Shown: positions 25,427 through 38,997, counted from the stretch's first letter. The stretch is 64,000 bases of DNA from Octopus vulgaris (GCA_951406725.2 OX597814.1:50468001-50532000), one strand, 5' to 3'. Notes: generated from the letters alone by a model not told the origin. Numbers and translations: made by a program.

Positions 25427-27713
25427 TAATTCTTTATTAGCCACTAGAGCCTGACATAGAGAGACGATACAGGACAGACAAGGTGGGGTCATATATAAAA
25501 AGCGTGCACACAGTTTTAACAAAGGTAAACGGCTTTGAACATATAAAACAATAGTGGTATTCTGGGTTGGTCGTGGAGACCTCACAAGCCACAAGACAAC
25601 CTTACCGCTAGGGCAGAAGCCTAGAAGTTTAAGCCCAAGTTAGATTCATTCATTCAAACCATTCGTACAACTTTTACCCATTTTTGCACGTCTAAATCCA
25701 ATAACTTGAGGTCGTTGAAAAAGCATCCTTGCTGCCAATACGATCCCACGCCACGCACATTTAAACAGCCCAACTTGAGCAAAACCAAAGAAGTGAAGCA
25801 CTACTGACATTTTGTGCTGTGGAAAGGATGAGAGATTTTTCTCACTTTTCTGGGTGGCTGTGGGAGTTTCTACGACCAGGTTTTGTATAGACTTTTCGTT
25901 ATTGTTCTTTGGAGTTTACCTACCGAATTAGGGTGGCTTTCTTTTAAGTCACTGAAAGTTGTGTTAAATACACCGATACGTGATACGTTAGATACGTGAG
26001 ATGGAGCGTTAAGTAGAGTGCGCAGAAAATCTTTTGGTGTGATATTGGTATTTTGATGTATGCATTTTCATTAGTGGTTCATTGTTTGTGTTGATTGCAG
26101 TGAGATTTACTATTGTTTTCGACGGTGGTTTTTGTATGATGTGTGGTGCTGGTAGTGGTATTGGATGATGCAGTTGGTGGTCGTGTGTCTGTAATGTGGG
26201 GAGAAGCTGCGTTTTTTCCCCTTCGGAGATACCCTTCCACTCTTTGTTTGCTTCTATGACGGTTTCTGGGTCAGTCTTGATAAGTAGTAGGTCAGGTGGG
26301 TTGTTATTTGTCGAAGTGGTTTCTCCTTTTCGTGGTGCTGTTGTCAGTTCTGTAGTGTTCTTAGTGTTGCTTTCTCGGGTATTCTTGCTGCTGCTGCAAA
26401 TGGCATCCCTTCCAATGTGGGTGGTGCTGCTGCTACTTCTACTGTTCCTGCTTCTGTGCTAATCTTTGCTGCCATTTTTGTATCTGTTGATGTTTTCTCT
26501 GCATACTGTGCAGTCGTTGCTGCTTTTGGTGGTGGTGGTGGTGGGTTTAATTTTGATGCAGCCTGTGTTTACTGCTGTAGGTGTTGTTGTGGAGTCTCAT
26601 TTGCTGGAGGGGAGCGTTTCTTGTTTTCTCTCAGTTGGTAAAGGACTTTGAGATGATCCCTCTACTTGCAGAGATAGCACCTCGATTTGCGTCCCTCCAC
26701 CGATATGTGCAACTTTGCTCCTTCAGGCAAGTGGATGATGCCTAGAATGCTTTCAAAGGCCTGCTGATTTGCCTGGATTAAGAGTTTTAGACCCTGTCCC
26801 CTCCAGTTTTGTTGGTGTAGTTTATTTATCTGTAGTATATCGATGTTTTCCTTGTTATCAAGCCACACGGCCGCCACCACTCAAAGGACGTCAGTCTTAG
26901 AGGGTATCTCCCCAATCTATATTTTTGATACTCGCCGTCATAGGTATGTAGGTGGGAACACTAGTTCGTCCGTCTTTAGGGGCATTGTGGCGTGTCGTTT
27001 GGCTTTGTCTTCCGAGTCGAACCTGGCTTCCACGGTGTCTCTCTAGCCACGTATTTAATTTTATTCTAGATGGGCTGCAAACACTTTTCGATAAGTTCCT
27101 TTGGTGTATTGTCAAGTTTTTTGCCTTTTAGTGATAGAGTTTTATAAATTACAGTTCGTCGTAAGGTGCGTTGTGAGATTTCTCAAGGAGGAGTTAAAGA
27201 GACATTTGTGCCATTTTTCTGAATTAGGCTTTTGAACATTTTCAAATCTTCAACATTTATTTTTAGTTGCTCTTGTTGTACTTTAGCTACAGATTCGAAA
27301 CCGAGACTGTTAGGTATAATAACTTTTCTTTTTACGAGATTTACAGTTGTTTACCTGGTTGTGGTAGCGTTGGAAAATGTCGGTGTGCTTTCGACTGCAA
27401 GTACTTCTTTCTCCACCTCCTTTTCGTAATGCGGGAGAGGAGGAAATTTTACTTAGTACATTTCAGTTTGGGGGGCGCAGCCCTCTTCATGACTGGAGGC
27501 CATGTTTGAAAAATGTAAACAAATATGTGCCCAGACAATACACTATGAAATTAGAATTCGTTCCATAAAGGGGGAATTTATTTTAGTCAAGAAACTTTCT
27601 CACCGAGCAGGCTCAGTTTAACTGACTTCAAATTTTCAAAATAAAATTACATTAGTTTGTGTAACAAAAAGAATAGCAAAACTTATGGGCGCATAAAAAC
27701 ATGTCTGTTTGGC
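25427..27713 (-). mobile_element. Internally deleted (ORF1-only) Tx1/L1-like non-autonomous LINE
   Basis: A decayed ORF1 starts at an ATG near 27503 and includes a degenerate zinc knuckle (EGRKSRCYLCK*RDHLKVLY). The ORF2 start LKLGCLNVRG is fused in frame to an ORF2-like end (KWVKVVRMV). The tail is GTGGCTAATAAAGAA. Candidate TSD AGAAATT lies at 25420-26 and 27714-20. Confidence 0.75.
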
Positions 27714-27834
27714 AGAAATTGTCGAACCCTCGTACAGGGAGAGTCAATCGTGTGTGTGTGCGTGTATGTGTGTGCGTGTGTATGTGTGTGCGTGCGTGTG
27801 TGTATTTATATATGTATGTATATGTGTATGTATG

Positions 27835-27869
<35 letters not shown>

Positions 27870-27873
<4 letters not shown>

Positions 27874-29020
27874 CATCATCATCATCATCATCATTACCAT
27901 CGTTTGACTGAGGACTGGCAAGTCAGGAGGTCACACCAGGCTCCAGTCTGATTTGACAAGGTTTCTACAGCTTGATGCCCTTTCTAACGCCAACCATTCC
28001 GAGAGTGTAGTGGGTGCTTTTTACGTGCAACAAGGCAGGGCCCAGTCAGGCAGCACTGGCATTGACCACGCTCGAACGGCGCTTTTTGCGTGTCACCGAT
28101 ACGGGAACCAGTCAGGCGGTATTGGCATCGACCACGCTCGAATGGTGCTTTTACGTGACACCGGCACGATTGCCAGTCAGACGACACTGACATCGGCTAC
28201 GACTACGATTTCACTTGATTGAACAGGTCTTCTCAAGCATAGTGATCGAGGGGTACTTTTAAACAGGCCAGTTATGCGGCACTGGCATCAGCCACGACTA
28301 CGATCTCACTTGGCTTGCTGGGTCTTCCCACGCATAGCATATCGCCAAAATACTCGGTCGCTTGTCATTGCCTCTGTGATGCCCAACGTTCGAAGGTCAT
28401 GCTTCACCAACTCTGTCTTCCTGGGTTTTCCTCTTCTACATGTTCCCTGCACTGTTAGGGTGTGACACTTCTTCCCGCGGCTATCCTCATCCATACGCAA
28501 CACATTGCCATACCAATGCAGTCATCTCTCTTGCACACCACATTTGATGCTTCTTAAGTCCAACTTTTCTCTCAGGGCGCTTAAACTGTGTCGTGTGTGC
28601 ACACTGACATTACACATCCAGCGGAGCGTGCTAGCTTCATTTCTTTCAAGCCTATACATGTCATCAGCAGTCACAGCCCATATTTCACTGCCGTGTAACA
28701 TGGTTGTTCGCAAACATGGATCATACAGTCTACCTTTGACTCTGAGAGAGAGGTCCTTTCTTACCAGTAGAGGTGGGAGCTCTCTGAACTTTGCTCAGGC
28801 TATTCTTATTCTAGCAGCTACGCTCTCAGAGCATCCACCGCCGCTACTAACTTGGTCTCCTAGGTAACGGAAATTATCAACTACCTCTAGTTTTTCCCCT
28901 GGCACCTGTTTTCTGTCCATCTTCGGTATTTATTGCCCCTGTGCGTTTGTCACATACAAAAACTATCTTCCCAGTTAACCTTCCTTTCATATTGCTGTAC
29001 CTCTTATTTGTCCATAGCTG
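27870..29020 (-). mobile_element. RTE-clade LINE, 3' fragment with 3' UTR and (GAT)n tail
   Basis: TMLHGSEIWAV...LERNEASTLRWMCNV, RLHWYGNVLRMDED and RRGKPRKT are RTE C-terminal motifs. Confidence 0.9.
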
Positions 29021-29039
29021 TTGCCTGTATGATTCCAGA

Positions 29040-29315
29040 ACGTTAATTCAGTTTATATGGTCAAGTTGCTCGATTTTCCTAGTTGGATTCTACGTATCGT
29101 GTTCTCTTCACTGAGGATCTGGTTAGGGTGATGGTTCGTGTTGGTCGACCACAGGCCACACAATCAAGGCGGTTGAGAAAGTATCTCGTGGATATGGGGG
29201 ATGAATGGGACACTGCTCAGAGGGTACTCGGGATGACCCGAACAAATACCGAAAAATGGTGGATGCAACGGCACGCTGCAACGGCGCATGCCTCCATACA
29301 TGACCTGACCTGACT
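29040..29315 (+). mobile_element. Second RTE-like 3' end
   Basis: LYGQVARF...RVGRPQAT, ending in (CCTGA) repeats. Confidence 0.6.
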
Positions 29316-30819
29316 CTGGTTCAATAATACAAATATTATTGAACTTTTGGCGTGATGCCGAGATTTAATATTAAGATTAGCTTTCACCACAATTTTATCT
29401 CCATAGTAAGACATTATTTTCATTGAACTTGGAGTTTGTAGTTTTAGAATAAGTTGCTGTTTTTACGTGCTAGAGTGAGGACACCTTAATTTTAGATCAA
29501 GCGTTTATTTATTTATTTTTTTACATGAAATGCTAAAATGCAAGGATGATAAATTTTTTACCAATGGAAGCAACCCAAGGCATACGTACTGATACCACCG
29601 ACAATTATAAGTGAAACTGAAAGGCTGGGACAGTAATTTACGCATTTCATCTTGTAATTTGATCAATAGAGGTGCCAAAGAAGTCAATAATTTCCTGTTA
29701 GTCGCCCACCTTCTTAAAATGTCTTAAACGGGAACTGTCAAAACATGTAATCTACAAGTAATTTGTGATACTTACATTTTGTAATTGTAGATTAATTTGT
29801 GAGTTTTACATTGCATTGTATGATAGTGGCATTCGTGTTACGATACAGTGATTTTGTTGTCAAGTTTACTTTTACACTGTAGTGCATTTCAGTCAGAGGA
29901 GATAAGCATATGTCCTTCTGGAAAACTAAGCGCGACTTCCTGAAGGAAATACAATAGATAGGAAACTATTACGCTGGGATATATTTTGGTCGAATTAATT
30001 TAATTTCAATTAAAAATGTTAGGAACAGCGATTTATATTTTTTAATCTACACTTGTGGAAATTACTTTTGGAAATGAAAATAAGCTGTAGTCTAACACGT
30101 GCACTGGATTTGTCCCTATGTTTTCCCTTTTAGAAATGGCCGCAGTCCCTTCTATATTTAATCAGTTTTGTACTAACAAAAAATTGCATAAAAAATTCAG
30201 AGTAATTTGGGCTACCTGTTAAAATTTGTTTACATTTTGTTAGATTTTTTGCACTTATGAAGAATTATTTTATAAAATAATCGAATTTGACAGACTAAAA
30301 TATTTTTAAAGCAACTTTACGTCAGATGTCCGTTAGTTTCAATATTAACTTGCCTGTCCTTGTTTCCACCTTTTTTTCACTGTTTCACAGCTTACTCTCT
30401 ATCTCCTCTTTGCTGCTCTCACTTTTTTGTTTCTTTACCTCAATATTTCTATTGTTTCCTTACACTACTCTTTCATGCATCGTGTGCGCGTGTTTGCGCC
30501 CGCTCGCGTGTGTAGGTGTGTGAGTGTGTGCGTGTGATAGAGAGAGCGTGCGTGTGTACGTGTGTACTTCATATCATACCGCTTTTGTCCCAGAATTTTC
30601 TCACTCTGTCGCCTCATTCTAATTTTGACTGTTAATACTTAAAACTATTTATTAGAAGCGTTTAAAATCTTAGAATTCCAGTATTTGTTAGCTTTGTCTG
30701 TACCAAGTACATAAAATAATTACGTAAGCCTGTGTATTATAAAATTTCCAATCGAGTCGAAAAGCGGGAATGCATAACTCGGAGTAACAAATATGTAGAA
30801 ACCTGTTTTAATTGATGTT

Positions 30820-30902
<83 letters not shown>

Positions 30903-32624
30903 ACACATTTGTATGTATTCCCAGTTTCGTACTTCTGATTGTTCAAACGATTAATGAAGCGGGATTCTATCACATTAGATAAACAAAAATATTTGAAGAT
31001 ACGTAGAGAGATATGACCGATTAATAGAACAGTGAGATTTGACTGATTGCCAAATAATCAGTTGGAAAATGCAATGCATCTTCCTCTATTCATTGTCCTG
31101 TGCAGAAACACGTAATATTTTCATCCATTGGGTACGATATGCATAAATAAGTGGTATTATCCTTTCTTTAGTACAATGTGCAAAACCCAAAGAAATTGAA
31201 GAACCCTGTTTATTAACGATTACGCTTTGAAATATGGGACTACATTTCAAATATGGCAACCCATTCTCTAAGAAGTACATATTTGCCAGTCAGTTGGTAA
31301 TTGGAAATTTCCCGATAAATAACGATGGAAGTGTCTGCAAAAATTCGTTAATTCAGTGTTTTGTTTTGTATTGTCTTTTTTTCAAAACTCCAAAAGACTG
31401 TAATAGAATGAAAATGATATATAACTTCGCGAGGTTGAGATCGTACCGATCAAAACTGCTGATACTGGAAAACGCGAGTTCAATAAAGAATTAAATGATC
31501 TTATAATTGTTAATATTATTATGCTTTAGGTTTTTAGATTCTAGATGTATTACGATAAGATAGTGTGGCGTGTTTCTACGTCCAAATATTACATATCTTG
31601 CAAAGAAAATTTTTAAACAACGTTTAGTGATCTTACATACCAGTGAGTGTGTATGTTTGTGGGTGTAAGAGAGAGGGGAGTGTGTATGTATGTGTGTGTG
31701 TGTGCATCTACATATTTTAGTCTTTTGTCCACGAAGAGAATGAGCCCAAGACTTTCCTAAATCTTTCTAAAGCAAGTATAATTAATACCGTTTCTGTTCC
31801 GTTTAGACTGATACAGTAGAAAAAATATGTACAAGAAGGTGATCCCGAATGACTGACATTTTGGAAGGTGATCCAAATGTGATTGACTTGGAAATACGAG
31901 ATAAGTGTGTCAGAAGAATCCGAAAAGAAATGTTATTGAACAGGCCAATTCTGAGGAGCAAGGGTTACTCAAGCAGCGGTGGAAAATCAGAAAGAAATGA
32001 CACCACATCTGTAGGCCAGAGGCTGGAATGCATTTTTGAGCAACTTCTTGTTTATCAGTCGTATGGCTTTTCAAGACGTTGTCAAGGATGCTTGTGTATA
32101 TGGCAATCACCCCCTTTCAAATGTAGGAGAGGTGCTGCTGTGAGAGAAAATCATGTTTACAACGTCCATGTTTGCTTTCAAATTTGTATATTACGTTGAT
32201 TGTCTGAAGTACATTCTGTGGTTTGCTAGTTTGTGGTTTCATTTTGAGGGAGGTTCTTCATTTTGGTGAAAATCTCGTTCATATTGTGTTCTGCTTTATG
32301 AGTTTTTGTTTTGATTATATACTCGCCTTTTTTATAATCAGATTTCATTTGGTTCATCTAACAGCAAAATACTAGCTTAAATTAAGCGTACACTTATATC
32401 ACATAAAATAAGGCAGGAAATCTTCAAAGCCTATTATTGACTAATTGTAAAATGTGCATTTGATGATTTCATCAGATGTAAAATTATTCCGATGATCATA
32501 CTACCTGCAAAACGCATCATTTTCCCTGCCGCTTTATTCTGAAAATTGTTCTGTGAAGGTCTCGAAACGTTATTCCATGCTAAACATAAAGGACTAATAA
32601 AGAAATATTAAAAATCTTTGATAT

Positions 32625-32804
32625 AGGTGTAGGAGTGGCTGTGTGGTAAGTAGCTTTCTTATCAACCACATGGTTCCGAGTTCAGTCCTACTGCGTGGCA
32701 CCTTGGGCAAGTGTCTTCTACTATAGCCTCGGGCCGACCAAAGCCTTGTGAGTGGATTTGGTAGACGGAAACGGAAAGAAGCCCGTCGTATATATGTATA
32801 TATA

Positions 32805-32856
<52 letters not shown>

Positions 32857-33062
32857 TGTGTCTGTGATTGTCCCCCCAACATCGCTTGACAACTGATGCT
32901 GGTGTGTTTATGTCCCAGTAACTTAACGGTTCTGCAAAAGAGACCGATAGAGTAGGTACTAGGCTTACAAAGAATAAGTCCTGGGGTCGATTTGCTCGAC
33001 TAAAGGCGGTGCTCCAGCATGGTCACAGTCACATGACTGAAACAAGTAAAAGAGTAAACAGA
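32625..33062 (+). mobile_element. SINE group C, full length with internal (TA)/(TG) microsatellite
   Basis: A box GTGGCTGTGTGG, B box GAGTTCAGTCC, CCTTGGGCAAGTG central motif and a LINE-like tail. Confidence 0.9.
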
Positions 33063-35006
33063 GAGATAAAGAACAAATTTGAACATAGTCGTATTCTTCA
33101 TATAATTCACACGCATACACATATACTCGCAACACACACGCACATACATATACTCATATACAAAGAGAGGGGGAGAGAAAGCGATTTATGGCAAATATTT
33201 CCCTATATCCAACTTAACAAGAAAATATAATGACTAAAACAAGAACGAAGGATTAATAGAAACTGTACTGGAGCAGATCAAACGTTTTACAATCTTTGGA
33301 CTACGCTCAGCGGCCATTTCTCATCATGGTTAGTTTTGCCTTCATCTCTTTTGCGATCGATAAAATAAGTAGCAGTCATACAATGGAGTCAATTCTATGG
33401 AAAACACCATTTAGCAACATATTTTTGGTCAGCTGCCCATGTAAGAAGTCATTATTCAAATGTTAAACGTTTTAAATTTCAAGAACTAAAACCAGAAGTA
33501 ACTTCCTTAAATGCGTGCAAAAAAAAATGTGTATGAAGGAAAAGAAAAAGAAATAGTTGAAAGTTGTTTTTAGCACTAAAACAAAATTTCATTAACGAAA
33601 TATATGTATACCGAAAAAAATTTTTTCTCGGAGACTATCAAGAGAGGGAGAGAGAAAAGGAAAACTAAAAACTAGGAAGCCTCGTTAACTGATGTTGTAT
33701 CGTGGGCTTCCCTTGGGACAGCCGTAAGTGATGGATGTATATCAGTGCAACGATCCGATGTCTAACATCGACGTACAATGCTAACATGAAGAAATAACGT
33801 TATTAAATTTTTGGAAACTCAGCCAAATTCTCTATTTGAATCAGCAGGTGTCTTTTAACATACATATGGCTCACCGAGTTAATTGTATATACTTACCAAC
33901 CGCAAATTTGATCGAAAAAAAATAACAGAAAGAAAATGTGTGCAACCAAAGAGATTGAAAATTTAAGCAAACGAAGACTAAGTATAAGATAATATCTATC
34001 TTTCTGCTGAAAATTCTCGCAGTTTTGCTGACTTTAGAAAGACTTTGTAGATAAATAAAATATTTAATTATGATTTAAAACGCAATTTGTGTTCTGGTAT
34101 CACGTGAGCTGTTTTAAAGTGTGTATTTGTGAATAAGGTTATGTTTCTGTTTTGTCCAAAATATAGACATTCACCTTACAAACTGAATACTATCATAATT
34201 TTTCCATCGATTAAAACATTCTCTGACTCGAATAACACCCGTCCCCACGGGCGCACATACATCTCCGCCAAAAAACACACACAAACTCACACATATACAT
34301 ACACTTCGCCAATGGAATTAATCATTAGATACAACTATTAAAACTCTTATATTCTCGGAAATAATATCAAAATAGTAGAGTATTTTAAAAGGAGGAAATG
34401 AGTGATTTAGGATCTCATTGATACCGATGAAATACTAAACATCCAATGAGATACAAGTCGTAATAGCTACTTAACACATTATTGAGCCACTAGTGGATAA
34501 CAATGTCACACGACATACTTATTTGTAAACTAATGACACAAATAAATGTGTTTATAAGCACTCCCAGCTGAAATTAACCACTAATAGACAAATGAATATA
34601 CCAAATTAACAAGCAGCGTGTAAACGAAACAAAACTGGAACTAAATTTTGACCTGCTTTATTTGCAAAAATATAAATTTTTATAAATTGGAGTTGAAAAT
34701 TTTTTAAAATTTGGATGACAATTGATGAAAGTAGCCATTTTCTAAATTTAAACATTTTATTTGAGAATTTAAACTACTGAAGTTTTTTATGACCGATATT
34801 TTTATTACGCATTACAATATATTGACAGAACAACTCACTCCTTTTCAACATGAAATATTGCTAACTATTTGAAACTAAACATAAACAGAATGAAATGTTT
34901 GGAATGTGAAAAGGCTTCTCAGACCTTGAAAGTAACAAACATGATTTGAAGAAATTGCGAATTAGAAATATGAAAGCGAAAATTTATTCAATATATCGTT
35001 TCACGT

Positions 35007-35237
35007 AAGGCGGCGAGCTGGCAGAAACTAGCACGCCGGGCGAAATGCGTAGCCGTATTTCGTCTGCCGTTACGTTCTGAGTTCAAATTCCGCCGAGGTC
35101 GACTTTGCCTTTCATCCTTTCGGGGTCGATAAATTAAGTACCAGTTGCGCACTGGGGTCGATGTAATCGACTTAATCCGTTTGTCTGTCCTTGTTTGTCC
35201 CCTCTGTGTTTAGCCCCTTGAGGGTAGTAAAGAAATA
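35007..35237 (+). mobile_element. SINE group A monomer (tail type 1) with a 17-bp TSD
   Basis: TSD AATATATCGTTTCACGT (34990-35006) and AATATATCATTTCACGT (35238-35254). Confidence 0.95.
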
Positions 35238-35323
35238 AATATATCATTTCACGTGTAGTAATCTGAAGAACAAAAATCAACATTATCATTCAAACATACA
35301 TTTAAAATTTAAACATACAAGTT

Positions 35324-35619
35324 GTTTTTGTTTGTTCATTCACGAGCCACGCCTGGATCAAGGGCTGGTTTCCCGGTTTCCTTGGTGTATAGGTTCCCCA
35401 CCTGGACGGGACGCCGGTCCGTCGCAGGTGAGCTGCAAGATGCAGGAGGAAAGAGTTAGAGAAAGAGTCAGCAGAAGTTCGCCATTACCGTCTGCCGGAG
35501 CTGCGTGGAACCTAGGTGTTTCGCTCACAAACACACACATCGCCCGGTCTGAGATTCGAACCCGCGATCCCTCAACCGCGAGTCCGCTGCTCTGACCACT
35601 AGGCCATATGCCACCACAA
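35324..35619 (-). mobile_element. SINE group B variant
   Basis: tRNA-like head as at 39121. TSD AAACATACA(A/T)GTT lies at 35311-23 and 35620-32. Confidence 0.85.
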
Positions 35620-35659
35620 AAACATACATGTTAAGTGTTATATATTGAAAATACTTTAA

Positions 35660-35986
35660 CAGGCACTCCGTCGATTACGACGATGCGGATTCCAGTTGAT
35701 CCAATCAACGGAACAGCCTGTTCGTGAAATTAACATGCAAGTGGCTGGGCACTCCACAGACACGCTCACCCTTAACGTAGTTCTCAAGGAGATTCAGCGT
35801 GACACAGAAAGCGAAAAAGCAAGCACTTTGAATTACAGGTGCTACTCATTTTTGCCAGCTGAACGGACAGGAGCAACGAGAAATAAAGTGCCTTGTCCCA
35901 CGCACTAACGGGAATCGAACTCACAACCTTACGATCATGAGCCGAATACTCCTAACCACGAAGCACTTAGCCACACGCCTTCACTG
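35660..35986 (-). mobile_element. SINE group B variant
   Basis: Tail shared with the 42095 and 53187 copies; flanked by AAATACTTTA. Confidence 0.85.
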
Positions 35987-36068
35987 GAAATACTTTACGA
36001 ATCTCAAATTCATTGTGAGAAACTGTGAACGAAGCGTAAATTTTTTAATTTATATTTTATCAGTCAAA

Positions 36069-36147
<79 letters not shown>

Positions 36148-36321
36148 CGTCGTGGTGGTCGTCGTGGTGGTCGTCGTCCTCGTCGTCGTCCTCGTGGTGG
36201 TGGTGGTGGTGGTCGTCGTCGTCGTCGTCGTGGTGGTCGTGGTAGTCGTGGTGGTCGTGGTGATGGTGTTCGTAGTGGTGGTGGAGGCGGCGGCAGCAGC
36301 AGCAGTAGTAGCAGTAGTAGC

Positions 36322-36380
<59 letters not shown>
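36069..36380 (+). repeat. Compound triplet repeat (TAG)n-(TGG/TCG)n-(CAG)-(TAG)n
   Basis: Directly visible. Confidence 0.95.
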
Positions 36381-36399
36381 AATGAAGAAGAGGAGGGGA

Positions 36400-36722
36400 A
36401 TCTTTTCTCCCAGATGTTACAGGAATAGAGAAAGAAACTGAAATTGCTTACTGAGTGATCCATCACGTCCATGTGATACCAGGATTGAGAAGAAAGCAGA
36501 TGAAAAGTTGAAAATCTACAACTACCGAAAATTTTGAGATTGCAGAGATTTGGAAGATGAAATTTGCAATGGTTGTACCTGTGATAAATGGTGCATTAGA
36601 GACCGTGAGTAATGACGTAGACAAATGGATGAAGGAGATTTGAATGGAATGTCTTGTAGAGCTTCTACTGAAAGTTTGCCTCTTAGGAAGAAGAAAGATC
36701 ATCAGAAGAGTTTTGAGCTATT
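36400..36722 (+). mobile_element. R4/Dong-like LINE, restriction-like endonuclease (RLE) C-terminus
   Basis: PDVTGIEK, PCDTRIEKKADEKLKIY, EIAEIWKMK..VVPVINGALETVS and LLKVCLLGRRKIIRRVL. Confidence 0.8.
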
Positions 36723-36916
36723 AATACCTTATTGAAATCATGTGGTTATTTAGTATTACAGGTAGTGATCGACTACCCACATGAATTCTACCAGGAATAA
36801 GACTAATCTTGAGTCGAATAATACTAGTAATGGTTTCAAATTTTAGCTCACGGCCAGCACTTTTACAAGAAGGGGTAAGTGAATTACATCGACCCAAGTG
36901 CGCAACCAAGTCGAAT

Positions 36917-38325
36917 TATTTATTCTTTTATTAGCCACAAGGGCTAATATAAATAAACATAAAATAACATGCAACAAGACAAAAGACAACACAAAACGAT
37001 GCAAAGGATTTTCCATGTGTAAACAATAAAGAGCAATAAGAATTAAACAAGTAAAACTCCCAATAGAGGGAGCCGTTTGAAGGTTACTCGTGGAAAAAAC
37101 CCCACAAAAGCCACGGATGCCTGACCAACAGGGCAAGAACACTTCTTTTATTTTTCACAGATGTATACTCAGAATTGGTCCCTTCACACTGACCATTTTT
37201 CCCAACATTAACCCACCTTTCAAAAAATTTGCTAGAAGGCAACACTTCCCTCTCCAACCTCACTTTCCTCTTCAAGTGAAGTTTGAAGAAGTTGATGAGG
37301 GGTTAGCTAAAGAGAAAAGTTTCTGACTTTAGCCTAATTAAACACGCCCACCATACTACCTCTTTTGCTACAGCCACCAGACAAATAAAAATTGCCTGCC
37401 CCTCCTGGCCAAAGTAGGGCTGCGGGGCAATCTTCACTATGGATTCAGCAATGCTCGGGCACTGGATGAGGACGCGCAGAACGGTTTCGTCACTATGCGC
37501 GCACCTCGGGCATGCCTGGCTGATGGCACCTTCGTGTCTGTAAAGTTTATCCTGAACGGGCAGCGCCCCTCGGTAGCACTGCTTGGCGAAGGATTTCTGG
37601 GAGTTAGCCATAGGCCCAGGGCCGAAAGTTCTCCGAAACAAACCAGTAAGTTGATCCTCGTTGACACCCAGAGTTTCCCCAAGAACGTCGTCGCACTTTC
37701 CCTCCTCTAAACCTCTATAGAACGCTAGAATGGAACTAGCACCGACCGCATTGCCTGCCTGGCGGAGGGCTGTGAGCGCTTAACGGCACTCGATGTGCCA
37801 AGCGCCCCTACTCGGTCGACGCCTAATCCAGGATTGCAGGATTGCAGCTCAGTCAAAGAGACTAGCTGTGGGAGAGCGAGTCTGACAAACGACAACCACA
37901 CCTACTCACCGTCAAGGAAACACTGTAGCCTGAGCGCATGTTCATACATCAGCAAACACGGCATGCCCATTCGGTGGCTGTTGACAGCAGATGGAGCGCC
38001 TTACTAGCGGAACGCAACCCCTCCACAGAAAGTGTAAGAGTCTGCGAACCAGCTTGATCAGCAAACATAAGGGACAAGGGACGACAGTCAAGCGGTAATA
38101 GATGATGAATGCGATGTACGCATTCGCCATCATGGCTGGACCTTTCCGGGACAGCTTCCTCTGGGCCCATTTCTCGGTGAGATTGGCCACCCTTTTCGTC
38201 ACGTCGTCCCAGTTTTTCTCTGCCTGAAAGGCTGGACCGAACCAGACCCCGAGCAATATAACTGGACCGTCTTTCCAGCGCCTCACAACGCTGTTGAACG
38301 GCATGTACTTGCCTCTCCAACCACC
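36917..38325 (-). mobile_element. Tx1/L1-clade LINE, 5'-truncated ORF2 plus 3' UTR
   Basis: LLGVWFG...NWDDV...KWAQRKLSRKG...HFLWRG, then the C-terminal zinc region ALPVQDKL...CPRCAHSDETV..VLIQC. The tail is AGCCCTTGTGGCTAATAAAAGAA, with a possible TSD TCGAAT. Confidence 0.9.
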
Positions 38326-38417
38326 TCGAATAATAATGATAGCAACATCGCAAACAATACGGACAATTATAAAAATCACAAGTGGTATTAATACGACATT
38401 CGTCATTCGTCTATCAT

Positions 38418-38815
38418 TCGTTCTGAATTCAAATTCTGCCGAGGTCGACTTTGCCTTTCATACTTTCGAGGTCGATAAATTAAGTACCAGTTGCGTACTG
38501 GGGTTGATCTAATCGACTGGCCCCTTCCCCCAAAATTTGGGCCTTGTGCCTAGAGGAGAAAAGAATATGACATTCGTCATTAATAAACTACAAATGTAAG
38601 ACAGTGAGTTGACAGAATCGTTTGCACACCGGGCAAAATGCTTAACAGAACTTCGTCCGTTTTTACGGTCTAAGTTCAAATTTTGCATAGTCTACTTTGC
38701 CTTTCATCCTTTCGGGATCGATAAAATAAGTTACAGTTTAACACTGATGTTGATGTAATCAACTTACCATCTGCCCCTAAAATGCTGGCCTTGTACCAAA
38801 AATTTGAAAGCAATA
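38418..38815 (+). mobile_element. Two SINE group A copies (tail type 2)
   Basis: Core motifs at 38420-38567 and 38597-38815. Confidence 0.8.
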
Positions 38816-38997
38816 AACCACGAATGTAAGTAGTGGCGAGTTTAAAAGTTAGAAACTCCAAATTGAGAATGAGAACAATGCACTTATGCTCATCAGATAT
38901 GCAAGAATTGGACTTATGCCGAAAACAGCTTCTTGTATTTCATATATACATGTGTAGGTATGTCTGTGTAAACACATAGGTATACATATATATGCAC

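Noticed and set aside
31780-32330. 116-aa ORF or possible retroelement remnant
   Set aside because: No recognisable domain or splice signals.
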